This document shows positions 20,247 through 28,838 of a stretch of 64,000 nucleotides of DNA, in pieces. The position numbers and the translations under genes are program-made. The stretch lies in IMG/VR virus record IMGVR_UViG_3300011008_002712, one strand, 5' to 3'. Position 1 is the stretch's first letter; each line of letters starts with the position of its first letter. The stretch comes from a virus (lineage: Duplodnaviria; Caudoviricetes). The notes beneath the pieces are model-generated. The model was not told where the DNA came from, did not search any database, and saw only the letters and a program-made list of their open reading frames with translations.

Positions 20247-21465
20247 ATGTTATATCATCACCATCTGGACTATATGTAATTTTTTCAATATTTTTATTAT
20301 CACGATTTACATCTGTGCATTTTATTCCATTCATATTAATTCTAAAAAATTCTTTGTAAGATTTAACATAATTTGGAATATCATCGTTTGGATGAGTTTT
20401 TGTATTACGCCATACTACAATATCTGCATTATCTTTATCAATTTCTACATCTCTTTTTCGAGTTTCAGAGTAACCATTAACCCATTCAATAAATCTGTTT
20501 ATAATTACATTGTCCCAAAGTAAACACCATTTTTTTACTTCATCTTGTGGAAAATCTTCTTTTTTCTCATATGTTACTACATCATTAAATACATTTGTGC
20601 ATTTGCCATATTCATTTTCAAATTGTTTAAAATCTGGATTTTCTTCAAGAAATTTATCTATTTTAGGTTGATTGCCTTTAAAATAATGAATATAATCTTT
20701 TTCTGCTGTTTTTTCAAAATCTAAAAGTTCATCTATTTGTTCATTCAAATCTTTGCAATCACAATGTTCACAGTTACACTTTGGTTCATAAATAATAATG
20801 TTATCACAATCTCTTAGATCTAAACATTTTAGAACATCTATAATATCATCATTATCTATTACTGCATTTGGAATTAATTTCAATGTTCTATCTTCATTAT
20901 CAACATCAACTATTAATTCTTCTCCTCTTAAATCTTCAGCCTGATTATCTATTAAAATTAAATCGCAATCACGCAAATCAATTAAATCATTTTCACAAAT
21001 TTCATTTGATTGCATGCAATTTTCACATTCTGTATTTGTTAAATCTCTCAAATCTAAATCACCTTCTACTATAGATTCTATAGACGCCAAACGAACATCT
21101 AAAACTTTTTCATTCAAATCATCAAACAACTTATTAATTCTATTCACTAGTCTGGTTACACTATAATTTACGCAATTATATGCATCAGATTTTCTTTGTG
21201 GATTAAATCTAGATAATTTACCAAAATGTTTATCTTTGCATTCTTCGCCGCGAAGATACACTTTTCCGTTATCACAATCAATAATTAACATCGTATACTT
21301 GTCTTCGTACTTTTTTGGTAGATTAATTTCAAGAAACGAAGCTTTTTTAACAGAATTAATTCCTCTATTCAATAATTCTTTATGAAAATAATCTACTAAA
21401 GATAAAGTAAAATCATCATTTTTGCTATCGCTTGGAGTTATTAATAATTTTGATTCTTTTTTCAT
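20221..21465 (-). CDS. Hypothetical protein with DLRD(C) repeats and Cys clusters
   Basis: 414 aa; four DLR(D/G) repeats; CENC and CNCEHCDC. Confidence 0.7.
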   Translation of the reverse strand: MKKESKLLITPSDSKNDDFTLSLVDYFHKELLNRGINSVKKASFLEINLPKKYEDKYTMLIIDCDNGKVYLRGEECKDKHFGKLSRFNPQRKSDAYNCVNYSVTRLVNRINKLFDDLNEKVLDVRLASIESIVEGDLDLRDLTNTECENCMQSNEICENDLIDLRDCDLILIDNQAEDLRGEELIVDVDNEDRTLKLIPNAVIDNDDIIDVLKCLDLRDCDNIIIYEPKCNCEHCDCKDLNEQIDELLDFEKTAEKDYIHYFKGNQPKIDKFLEENPDFKQFENEYGKCTNVFNDVVTYEKKEDFPQDEVKKWCLLWDNVIINRFIEWVNGYSETRKRDVEIDKDNADIVVWRNTKTHPNDDIPNYVKSYKEFFRINMNGIKCTDVNRDNKNIEKITYSPDGDDITFEYIGNKY

Positions 21466-21580
21466 TAGATCACCATCTTTAAAAATTTTGCAAAATCTTT
21501 AATTTTATTTATTTTAAGTGTATTCTATAAATTTAATAATGCGCTTTTCTAAAAATAACATATGAGCCAGGAATTCTGGC

Positions 21581-22168
21581 TCATTTTATCATTTTATTTA
21601 TTTCTTTTAAACATTTTGGTATTGATTCATTAATTATTCTATTATCTGGAATTCCAAATTTATCAAACATTTCACTAGAATAATCATGACTATCAGTAAC
21701 AAATCTTCTACACATTTCTACATAATTCTCATTTGTTGATGTCTCTCTCGCAAAACATCTAAGAATTCTATCTCTATCATTTACATATAAATGTATTGGT
21801 ATTACAGAAGTACCGTATATTTCACGTAATTTTCTTACCCCAAAAATCGTATTAATAGTAATATATTTTTTATCAGAATTGACATCAATTTGATTGTCGT
21901 CAGCCATAAAATAATACCATTCACCTTGTACGGTGTTATATTTTCTATATTCAATGATAGAATTATTATTTTTTAATTTTTCAAAAACAGATAATGTTAC
22001 AAAATAATATTCTCTACCATTTTTTTCTCCTGGTCGCATTGGCCTAGTTGTATAAGTAATAATTGGCGTCAAATCTTTTCTTGAAGCAAGAATTTTATTC
22101 AAAATAGTATCTTTTCCTGCCCCAGATTTTCCCATAATGCAATATAATTTCATCCGTTCAATTTTCAT
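21581..22168 (-). CDS. gmk: Guanylate kinase-like protein
   Basis: GKSGAGKDT P-loop and TTRPMRPGEKNGREYYFV signature. Confidence 0.88.
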   Translation of the reverse strand: MKIERMKLYCIMGKSGAGKDTILNKILASRKDLTPIITYTTRPMRPGEKNGREYYFVTLSVFEKLKNNNSIIEYRKYNTVQGEWYYFMADDNQIDVNSDKKYITINTIFGVRKLREIYGTSVIPIHLYVNDRDRILRCFARETSTNENYVEMCRRFVTDSHDYSSEMFDKFGIPDNRIINESIPKCLKEINKMIK

Positions 22169-22288
22169 CTCCTTAAAACAAAAAATTAAAGTCCAATAAT
22201 CTTATTGGGTTTGATTTCAATTTTTTGTTTCTTTAAAAAAATTCCTATCTAGTTTTATATTAGATAGGAATTAATTAATTTTAACAAT

Positions 22289-23245
22289 TTATTCTTGCTT
22301 TTGCTTGATTTTTGCTAATTTTACATAATTTTCTATATCACTATCTATACCACTATGTGAATCATCATCATATATTGAATAATTTGGATATTTAGCTTTT
22401 ATAGCATTTATTACAGTATCTTTATTTGTATTAAAAATTGATTTCGTTTCTAAAAATATATTATCATCTACTAAATGAGCAAATGCCATTGAATGCTCAA
22501 CAGCAGCTTGTTCTTGTCTTTTATCTTCCATTAATAATGCATATGCTTCATACGGCAAGTCTTTATCGTGAATAGCCATTTTTATTTCATCTTGAATTTC
22601 TTTAGAATTGATATCTTTACCAATCATTTTATAAAATTTTTTTAAATATTTTTCCATATCATTATGATCACATAACCATTTAGAAATAAGTCTCGGATGA
22701 TTTATACCAGAAATAACATCACCATCAATATATAAAATTGCTCTATCTCTATTTGAGATTCCGTGTTTTCCAAGTCTTTTTAAATGATTATATGAAGCTA
22801 CTTTTTCTTCGTCTTCATCTGTAAAAATACTACACTGAGGATATCTATTTTTAAAACGAGAAACCAAATCTCCAAATCCAATGTTACAAGTTGCATCAGA
22901 GATAATGTATATTTCATCGCCTATTTTATGAGCAAATCCTAGTTGAATATCTAAGTCTTCTTCTAAATCATATTCAAAACGACCATACTCAGACATTGCA
23001 TAATATAAGTCATCCAATAATTCATTTTCTTCTGTTAAATCTAACATTTCATTTTTTTCTTCTTCCGAAAAACCTTCTGAATCTAAAAATTGTTTGTTAA
23101 TATCATTTATCATATGATGACTTTTTAAATAGTCTTCTATTATATCTGGATGAGTTTTTCCTTCAATAATATCACCATTTATATATACTAAAGCAATATC
23201 TCTGTTCGAAACATTATGAATAGATATTTTTTTTAATTTTTTCAT
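22289..23245 (-). CDS. Two-domain repeat protein (NRD.A..YI(N/D)G...HP...FAH family)
   Basis: Two copies of the domain, each preceded by K(K/R)LxK. Confidence 0.75.
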   Translation of the reverse strand: MKKLKKISIHNVSNRDIALVYINGDIIEGKTHPDIIEDYLKSHHMINDINKQFLDSEGFSEEEKNEMLDLTEENELLDDLYYAMSEYGRFEYDLEEDLDIQLGFAHKIGDEIYIISDATCNIGFGDLVSRFKNRYPQCSIFTDEDEEKVASYNHLKRLGKHGISNRDRAILYIDGDVISGINHPRLISKWLCDHNDMEKYLKKFYKMIGKDINSKEIQDEIKMAIHDKDLPYEAYALLMEDKRQEQAAVEHSMAFAHLVDDNIFLETKSIFNTNKDTVINAIKAKYPNYSIYDDDSHSGIDSDIENYVKLAKIKQKQE

Positions 23246-24648
23246 TTTTGTTTCCTCGCGACAAGCAAAAGTTCATCATTATTGTCTTCTTTATATATAG
23301 ATGAATTTGGGAATTCTCTTTTAAATGCATTCATTACTGTATTCAAATCTACATTTTGAATGCTATTAGAATCTATGTATATGTTCCCATCATCAAGATG
23401 AGCAAATGCTACAGGCAGTCCAGCAATATCTGGCATGTTTTCACTTCTATTGAATTCACTCATATCATTATGCAATTCGAGTGTAATCATTCCTGCATCT
23501 GTCATCTCAGTAGCAAGTTCATTTTTTTCTTCATCAGACATATCTGAATAACAATCATGGCTTTCTATATAATCCTTATTGACTTGATACAACAAATTAT
23601 TTTTATCTAAATATTCTTGAACTATTTCTGGGTGAATATATCCTTTAATGATTTCACCATCTATATAAACTAGTGCAGAATCTCTATTTCCTATTCCATG
23701 ATATGATATTCTTTTTTTTAATCTTTTAAAAGAATACTTACGTTTATTTTTTCTTTTTGCTAAAAATTCGCCGTTGCTTATATCGAATATTTGCATTTCT
23801 GGATGTTCTGTTTTGAAATCATTTATAGCATCTTGCATTGTTGTATTATATAATTTATTTGTATCAATAAACAATGTATTATTTTGTTCTTTTGCGAATG
23901 CCATTGGCAATCCCATTGCAATCCTGCTATCATTTAAATATTTTTCGACTTCATCAAGAATAATGCCAAAATCTCCTTGCTTTTTAGCCTTGTCTAACAT
24001 TGTGTCTTTGTTTTCGTTAATAAATGTTTCAACAAAATATACATTGAATTTTTTTGCAGCTCCATGCTCAACAAAATAATTTTCTATAGCATCAAAATAA
24101 TTATCTCCATAAAAAACTTCATGGTTGATAGAAACTAAATAATTATCTACGCCAATTATGTCTGCAACAATTTGTTTATAATCTTTTTCATCTTCTGATG
24201 TCATAAAACAAGAATTATCATCAAAAATCTTATAATTTGGATATTTCGATCTTATAGCATAAACTACATCGTCCAAAGAACAATTTATTAAACTGTCTGT
24301 TTCTATATATATGCCATTATTTGCTTCATGTGCGAAAGCAATTTTATATCCAGTATTAAATCCGTATTCTCTATCAAATTCTCCAAGCTCTCTACTAATA
24401 GCAGTTGGAAGTTTATTTTGTTTTTCAGCAATTTCTATATCTTTTTTTACGTCATTTTCATCTTCATATTTATCAGCAACGCTTGGATTTTTATCAATAA
24501 AATCGAGGATAAAATCTTGCATCTTACCATTTTCTGATAAATAGTCATTGAGCAATGGCATAAAATCAGAACCTCTGAGTACTTTTCCATTAATATAAAG
24601 TACAGCATAATCTCTAGACCAAGCGTTATGTTTGGATAATCGTTTCAA
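23242..24648 (-). CDS. Three-domain repeat protein, paralogue of 22289..23245
   Basis: Three copies, the middle one degenerate; MKRLSKH start and internal KRLKKR. Confidence 0.75.
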   Translation of the reverse strand: MKRLSKHNAWSRDYAVLYINGKVLRGSDFMPLLNDYLSENGKMQDFILDFIDKNPSVADKYEDENDVKKDIEIAEKQNKLPTAISRELGEFDREYGFNTGYKIAFAHEANNGIYIETDSLINCSLDDVVYAIRSKYPNYKIFDDNSCFMTSEDEKDYKQIVADIIGVDNYLVSINHEVFYGDNYFDAIENYFVEHGAAKKFNVYFVETFINENKDTMLDKAKKQGDFGIILDEVEKYLNDSRIAMGLPMAFAKEQNNTLFIDTNKLYNTTMQDAINDFKTEHPEMQIFDISNGEFLAKRKNKRKYSFKRLKKRISYHGIGNRDSALVYIDGEIIKGYIHPEIVQEYLDKNNLLYQVNKDYIESHDCYSDMSDEEKNELATEMTDAGMITLELHNDMSEFNRSENMPDIAGLPVAFAHLDDGNIYIDSNSIQNVDLNTVMNAFKREFPNSSIYKEDNNDELLLVARKQK

Positions 24649-24697
24649 TGTTTTTCACCTAATCCTTATATAAGAATAACCTGAATTTTCATTCAGG

Positions 24698-25195
24698 TCA
24701 TTTTGTACTAAATTTTTTCATTCCAGTATATTTTAACTTAGAATTAATATTATAAAATTTAAAAACTAAATCATTTGTAATTGAACGAACAGAATTTTTT
24801 AGAGTTGTTTCAAATCTCGTTTTTAATTTTTTGTTTTTAATTGGCTTTTGCACAATAGTTAATTTATCATCACTATCAACATAAATTAAACCTATTTCTT
24901 TTAAAACATCTTTTTTGTCAATAACTCCAGCTGGACACATTATGTAAAAATAATTACAATGAGGATAATAACTTTTTTCCAGTTGAAATAATTTTTTATC
25001 TCTTAGATAATCTTCTTTTGTTGCTTTTACTTCAATGACTCTAACTTCTTTTCGTTTTAAATTTATTCCGCAAACATCCGCTACAGAACGTATATTTCTA
25101 AATTTAGTTTCTAAAGATACAACATCAATGCAATATTTTTTTAAAAAAGCTATAGCCGCAAGTTTTAAATGTTTATGAACACTTCCTTCAGACAT
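24698..25195 (-). CDS. PD-(D/E)XK nuclease-fold protein (MmcB-like)
   Basis: H..LK...E....ADV......IEVKAT..DY..DKK..Y...CNYFYI.CP motif. Confidence 0.65.
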   Translation of the reverse strand: MSEGSVHKHLKLAAIAFLKKYCIDVVSLETKFRNIRSVADVCGINLKRKEVRVIEVKATKEDYLRDKKLFQLEKSYYPHCNYFYIMCPAGVIDKKDVLKEIGLIYVDSDDKLTIVQKPIKNKKLKTRFETTLKNSVRSITNDLVFKFYNINSKLKYTGMKKFSTK

Positions 25196-25625
25196 TTTCT
25201 TTCTCCAAAAATTTTTGCAAAACTTCTAATTTTCGTTCTAATGCTTTATGATCTTTTCGAACACTTAACGCACTCTGTCTGTATATTTCGCGTTGTTTTT
25301 GATCTTCAGAATGTTGTTCTTGCATTATTTGATAAACTTCATAGTCAACCTCTTTAGAAAGAATTTGGTATCTTGTTCTCTCCATCATTTCTATGATAAG
25401 TTCTCTTCTAGTTTTCATTTCTGGTTTTTCTTTTGTAACTTGTTTAGGCTGACGCTTTTGTTTTTTTGGTTTTTCTTTTTTTACAATTTGTTTTTCTGGA
25501 TTTTCTGGAATTTGTATATCTAAAAATTGAGATGTTCTAACATCAAAATCGTTAGTCTCTGATTCCATAACTTCTTCTCGTTTTATTATATTATTTTCAT
25601 CAAGAAACTTATTCAAGTCTCTCAT
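25188..25625 (-). CDS. hypothetical coiled-coil protein
   Basis: 145-aa ORF in a coupled operon. Confidence 0.7.
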   Translation of the reverse strand: MRDLNKFLDENNIIKREEVMESETNDFDVRTSQFLDIQIPENPEKQIVKKEKPKKQKRQPKQVTKEKPEMKTRRELIIEMMERTRYQILSKEVDYEVYQIMQEQHSEDQKQREIYRQSALSVRKDHKALERKLEVLQKFLEKENV

Positions 25626-25643
25626 GATTAATCATTCCTTACA

Positions 25644-25895
25644 TTATAAATTTACAAATACAACGTCGTTCTGTATTGTAATTTTGCAATTTTTATTAAA
25701 ACTCTCTTCTATTGTTTCAACCAATTTATTAAGGTCTTTGCTTATTAATGCTATTCCTTTCATATTAGTAGTAACTTCAACGTCATGTTTTTTGCTAATA
25801 CGTTTAATCAATTTTGTATCTCCAAAATCAAAAAAATTTGTTCTGTATATAGCTTCAACACTTTTCATATATATATTGCCTCCGTTATTCGCCAA
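25644..25895 (-). CDS. hypothetical protein
   Basis: GGAGG RBS before MKSVEA, the likely start at 25868. Confidence 0.65.
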   Translation of the reverse strand: MANNGGNIYMKSVEAIYRTNFFDFGDTKLIKRISKKHDVEVTTNMKGIALISKDLNKLVETIEESFNKNCKITIQNDVVFVNL

Positions 25896-26661
25896 TTGTA
25901 TATTGCCAAACCACTTTTACTGGATTTTCATATACAACGAATTCTATTTGAATATCATCGACATCCTTTTCGTAAATTATCGTTGGAGCCGGTGAGTTAT
26001 TTCCAGAAGAGCTATTGCCAGAAGAATCTGTTCCACTAGAAGTTGCAGCTTGTTTTGATAATAAGTCATCATATTGTTCTTCATTTGTTTTTGTATATCT
26101 TTCAAACAATACTAATCCAGTTTTATAATTAATTTTCCCGCTAACATATACATCGTCCAATTGGTATTTGTCCATATCAAATGTTATTAATCCCCAATTT
26201 ACTTTTTCGCTTGTATCATAATATTCTCTTAACGAATCCTTAATATAAAAACTTCCCATTTTTATAGAAATTGGCCAATTAAATTGTTTATTTGTAACTG
26301 GACAAGTAAGTTTGCTTGGAGTATAAATATCATTTGAGCCAAAACAAGCAAAAGATGACAAAGAAAATGTTTTCTTTTTTTCTGTTGCTTTTAAGAGATA
26401 TATGGTTTTTCCAGAACATGATCCAATTACTTGAATTCCCATTAAATCATGTTCTTTTTCGAACATGCTATTGAAATTTGCTTTTATATCATCTGGAGCA
26501 TCTGGCCATTCGTTTGGAAGATGAGAACTAAAATCGCGTTTAACATCATCACTAAATCTCCAGCCATACATTTTAGACTCATTGTGTGTATATTTTAAAT
26601 TCGCATTTTCTTTATACTTATTAAATTTTTCTATAAATGGAGCAAAATCTGACATTGACAA
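25885..26661 (-). CDS. Putative tail/baseplate protein
   Basis: 258 aa with an S/G linker, directly downstream of the PAAR gene. Confidence 0.55.
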   Translation of the reverse strand: MSMSDFAPFIEKFNKYKENANLKYTHNESKMYGWRFSDDVKRDFSSHLPNEWPDAPDDIKANFNSMFEKEHDLMGIQVIGSCSGKTIYLLKATEKKKTFSLSSFACFGSNDIYTPSKLTCPVTNKQFNWPISIKMGSFYIKDSLREYYDTSEKVNWGLITFDMDKYQLDDVYVSGKINYKTGLVLFERYTKTNEEQYDDLLSKQAATSSGTDSSGNSSSGNNSPAPTIIYEKDVDDIQIEFVVYENPVKVVWQYTIGE

Positions 26662-26703
26662 TCCACCTTACATATAAAAAATAAAGTTTGATCTGCAATT
26701 AAA

Positions 26704-27024
26704 TCATCCTGTAAATGTTAAATCGCTTCCTGTTATTATTTCTCCAGTTCTAGAATGAGGACATTGGTCACAACCTATATCGCAAGTACCAACAGTTGCA
26801 TCTCCAACTCTGGCGCTTTTTAAACTATCTGTAAAATCCAAAAAAGAACCAGTTATAATGTTACCAGATTTTCCACACGCTGTACACGTTACAGTATCTG
26901 TTAATCTTGCTTTTTTTCTAGAATCAGTAATTGAAAGTTCAGAACCAGATACTATGATTCCAATTTGTGGCCCATGTGGGCAAGATATTTTAACTAAATC
27001 TCCAACTCTAGCTTGTGCGCTCAT
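26704..27024 (-). CDS. PAAR-like spike-tip protein
   Basis: Three AR(V/L)xD repeats, CPHG/CPHS, G.I.(S/T)GS. Confidence 0.85.
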   Translation of the reverse strand: MSAQARVGDLVKISCPHGPQIGIIVSGSELSITDSRKKARLTDTVTCTACGKSGNIITGSFLDFTDSLKSARVGDATVGTCDIGCDQCPHSRTGEIITGSDLTFTG

Positions 27025-27623
27025 ATAAAAGAAACACCAATCCTTGACTGATTTGTTTCAGCTCTTCTTAATACATTTAAAAATTCGTCTATTAATGAAT
27101 TTATTTTAATTTTTTCAAATTCATAACTGCCAATTTCTTCTGAAACATAACAAGTAATTTCTTTAGAATTAATTTTATCATTTTCAAATAATCGTTGTTT
27201 TCTTTTGTCTATAAAATTAATTTTAGAATTTTTATCATTAAATAATTCGTCGCTTCCAGCGAGGCAAGCAATAAATGTTCGTTCTGAATTAATTCTTGTT
27301 TTTATATCATTCAATTCACCTATAATTGGATGAACTTCTTCGTATTCTATGAAATCATCGTCGTCACACATGAACATAAAATGAGAAAAAACACTTCCCC
27401 ATCTAGATAAATCTTTTTCATCTCTATGCTCAAAATTATACCATACAGTATCTCTAATCATATTTAAATATTTATTTTCTATTTGCAATGAAACTTGAAA
27501 ATTTAATTCAAAATCATTAAAACAATTTTTATAAACGCTAAGCATTTCATGTTCTTCTATTCCATAATTTTTAAAAATTTCGTATATTTCTTTATTTATA
27601 TCGTTAAGATGTTCTTTTTTCAT
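27021..27623 (-). CDS. hypothetical protein
   Basis: 200-aa coupled ORF. Confidence 0.7.
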   Translation of the reverse strand: MKKEHLNDINKEIYEIFKNYGIEEHEMLSVYKNCFNDFELNFQVSLQIENKYLNMIRDTVWYNFEHRDEKDLSRWGSVFSHFMFMCDDDDFIEYEEVHPIIGELNDIKTRINSERTFIACLAGSDELFNDKNSKINFIDKRKQRLFENDKINSKEITCYVSEEIGSYEFEKIKINSLIDEFLNVLRRAETNQSRIGVSFI

Positions 27624-27921
27624 TTTTTTTCACCTTTAAATTTATTGGCATTGGAACTCCATTTTCCATAAAAGTATTATATGCAAGTAATGTGCAATCT
27701 TTACATATAAATATTTTTTTATCTATTGTAAATAATGGATCGTCACCAGATGGTGCGCCACAAAAAGAGCAAAACTTTATATTTTTAATTTTATCTGATA
27801 TATCGATTGGCATATCAGACAACAACTGCGTTTTTCCGTTGAAATGAACTAGCGTTTGGCCATTATTTATTTCTAATTTTACATTTTTATCAGTGATTAT
27901 TTTCTTTGTTTTTTCATCCAT
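27604..27921 (-). CDS. ClpX-type C4 zinc-finger protein
   Basis: CSFCG...FICKDC. Confidence 0.7.
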   Translation of the reverse strand: MDEKTKKIITDKNVKLEINNGQTLVHFNGKTQLLSDMPIDISDKIKNIKFCSFCGAPSGDDPLFTIDKKIFICKDCTLLAYNTFMENGVPMPINLKVKKNEKRTS

Positions 27922-27974
27922 AATTTTTCTCCTCTAAAAAAGGACTACAACAATACCCTTGTAGTCCTATTTTA

Positions 27975-28838
27975 TTAAAAAATTTTGATATCATTTAAAT
28001 CGTAATAATTATATACATATTTATTATTGGAATAACGAGCATATTGATCTTTTATAAAAAGAATCTCTTTATTTGAATAAGAATTTGCAATACTTACAGA
28101 ATCAAATTGAAATGTGAATGGATTGGTTGTAAAAAAATTTGTTATATGCATTAAATTATAGTATGTATTATTTACGTTTGGAAGGCATTCTATATCTTCT
28201 CCAAAAAATAGACAATTTTTAATATTTTCATTATAACTCATATTATGGTAAGAATCTTCAAAATGAATCTTATATTTTCTTGTTGGATCGAATTTGATCA
28301 ACATTGCTTTCATTTTGTTTCTATTAATATCATTAAACATATAATTGCAACTGCCATTAGCATAAGTTGAAAATTCAAAAACGTTATCTACTTCATCATC
28401 AACAGAATCAATGTATGAAATTGATATATTCAATCCAATCATTAACATTTTTGTTATGCCTAAATTTTTTCTTGGAGCAATTAAAATAATATCATTACCA
28501 TCTTTGGTGACTCTACTATCAAACAAATTATTTAATGCATTAACAGCATGCTGAATATTATATAAATTTATGTAATAATTAGCATTTGCAAACTTTACAT
28601 CAAAAATTTTATATACATAAGACATATCAATTTGATATGTCTTATTTTTAGACAGATATCTGAATCCAGAATCAAATGGAGAAAAATGTTCATCAATTAG
28701 CAAATATTTAAACGTGCCATCGTCTAATTTTGCTTTAATTAATTTTTGCCCCTGTGGAAAAGTTTTATAATCATCGTACATGGAACAAGATATGATTTTA
28801 TCATTTTGTATTTTTAAAAAATGTCCCATATTAATCAC
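27975..28838 (-). CDS. Tail-fibre partner protein, paralogue of 31053..31886
   Basis: Shared AP...G.TKM...GLN.S, KF.P...Y.I.F.DS and YNYY motifs. Confidence 0.65.
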   Translation of the reverse strand: MINMGHFLKIQNDKIISCSMYDDYKTFPQGQKLIKAKLDDGTFKYLLIDEHFSPFDSGFRYLSKNKTYQIDMSYVYKIFDVKFANANYYINLYNIQHAVNALNNLFDSRVTKDGNDIILIAPRKNLGITKMLMIGLNISISYIDSVDDEVDNVFEFSTYANGSCNYMFNDINRNKMKAMLIKFDPTRKYKIHFEDSYHNMSYNENIKNCLFFGEDIECLPNVNNTYYNLMHITNFFTTNPFTFQFDSVSIANSYSNKEILFIKDQYARYSNNKYVYNYYDLNDIKIF

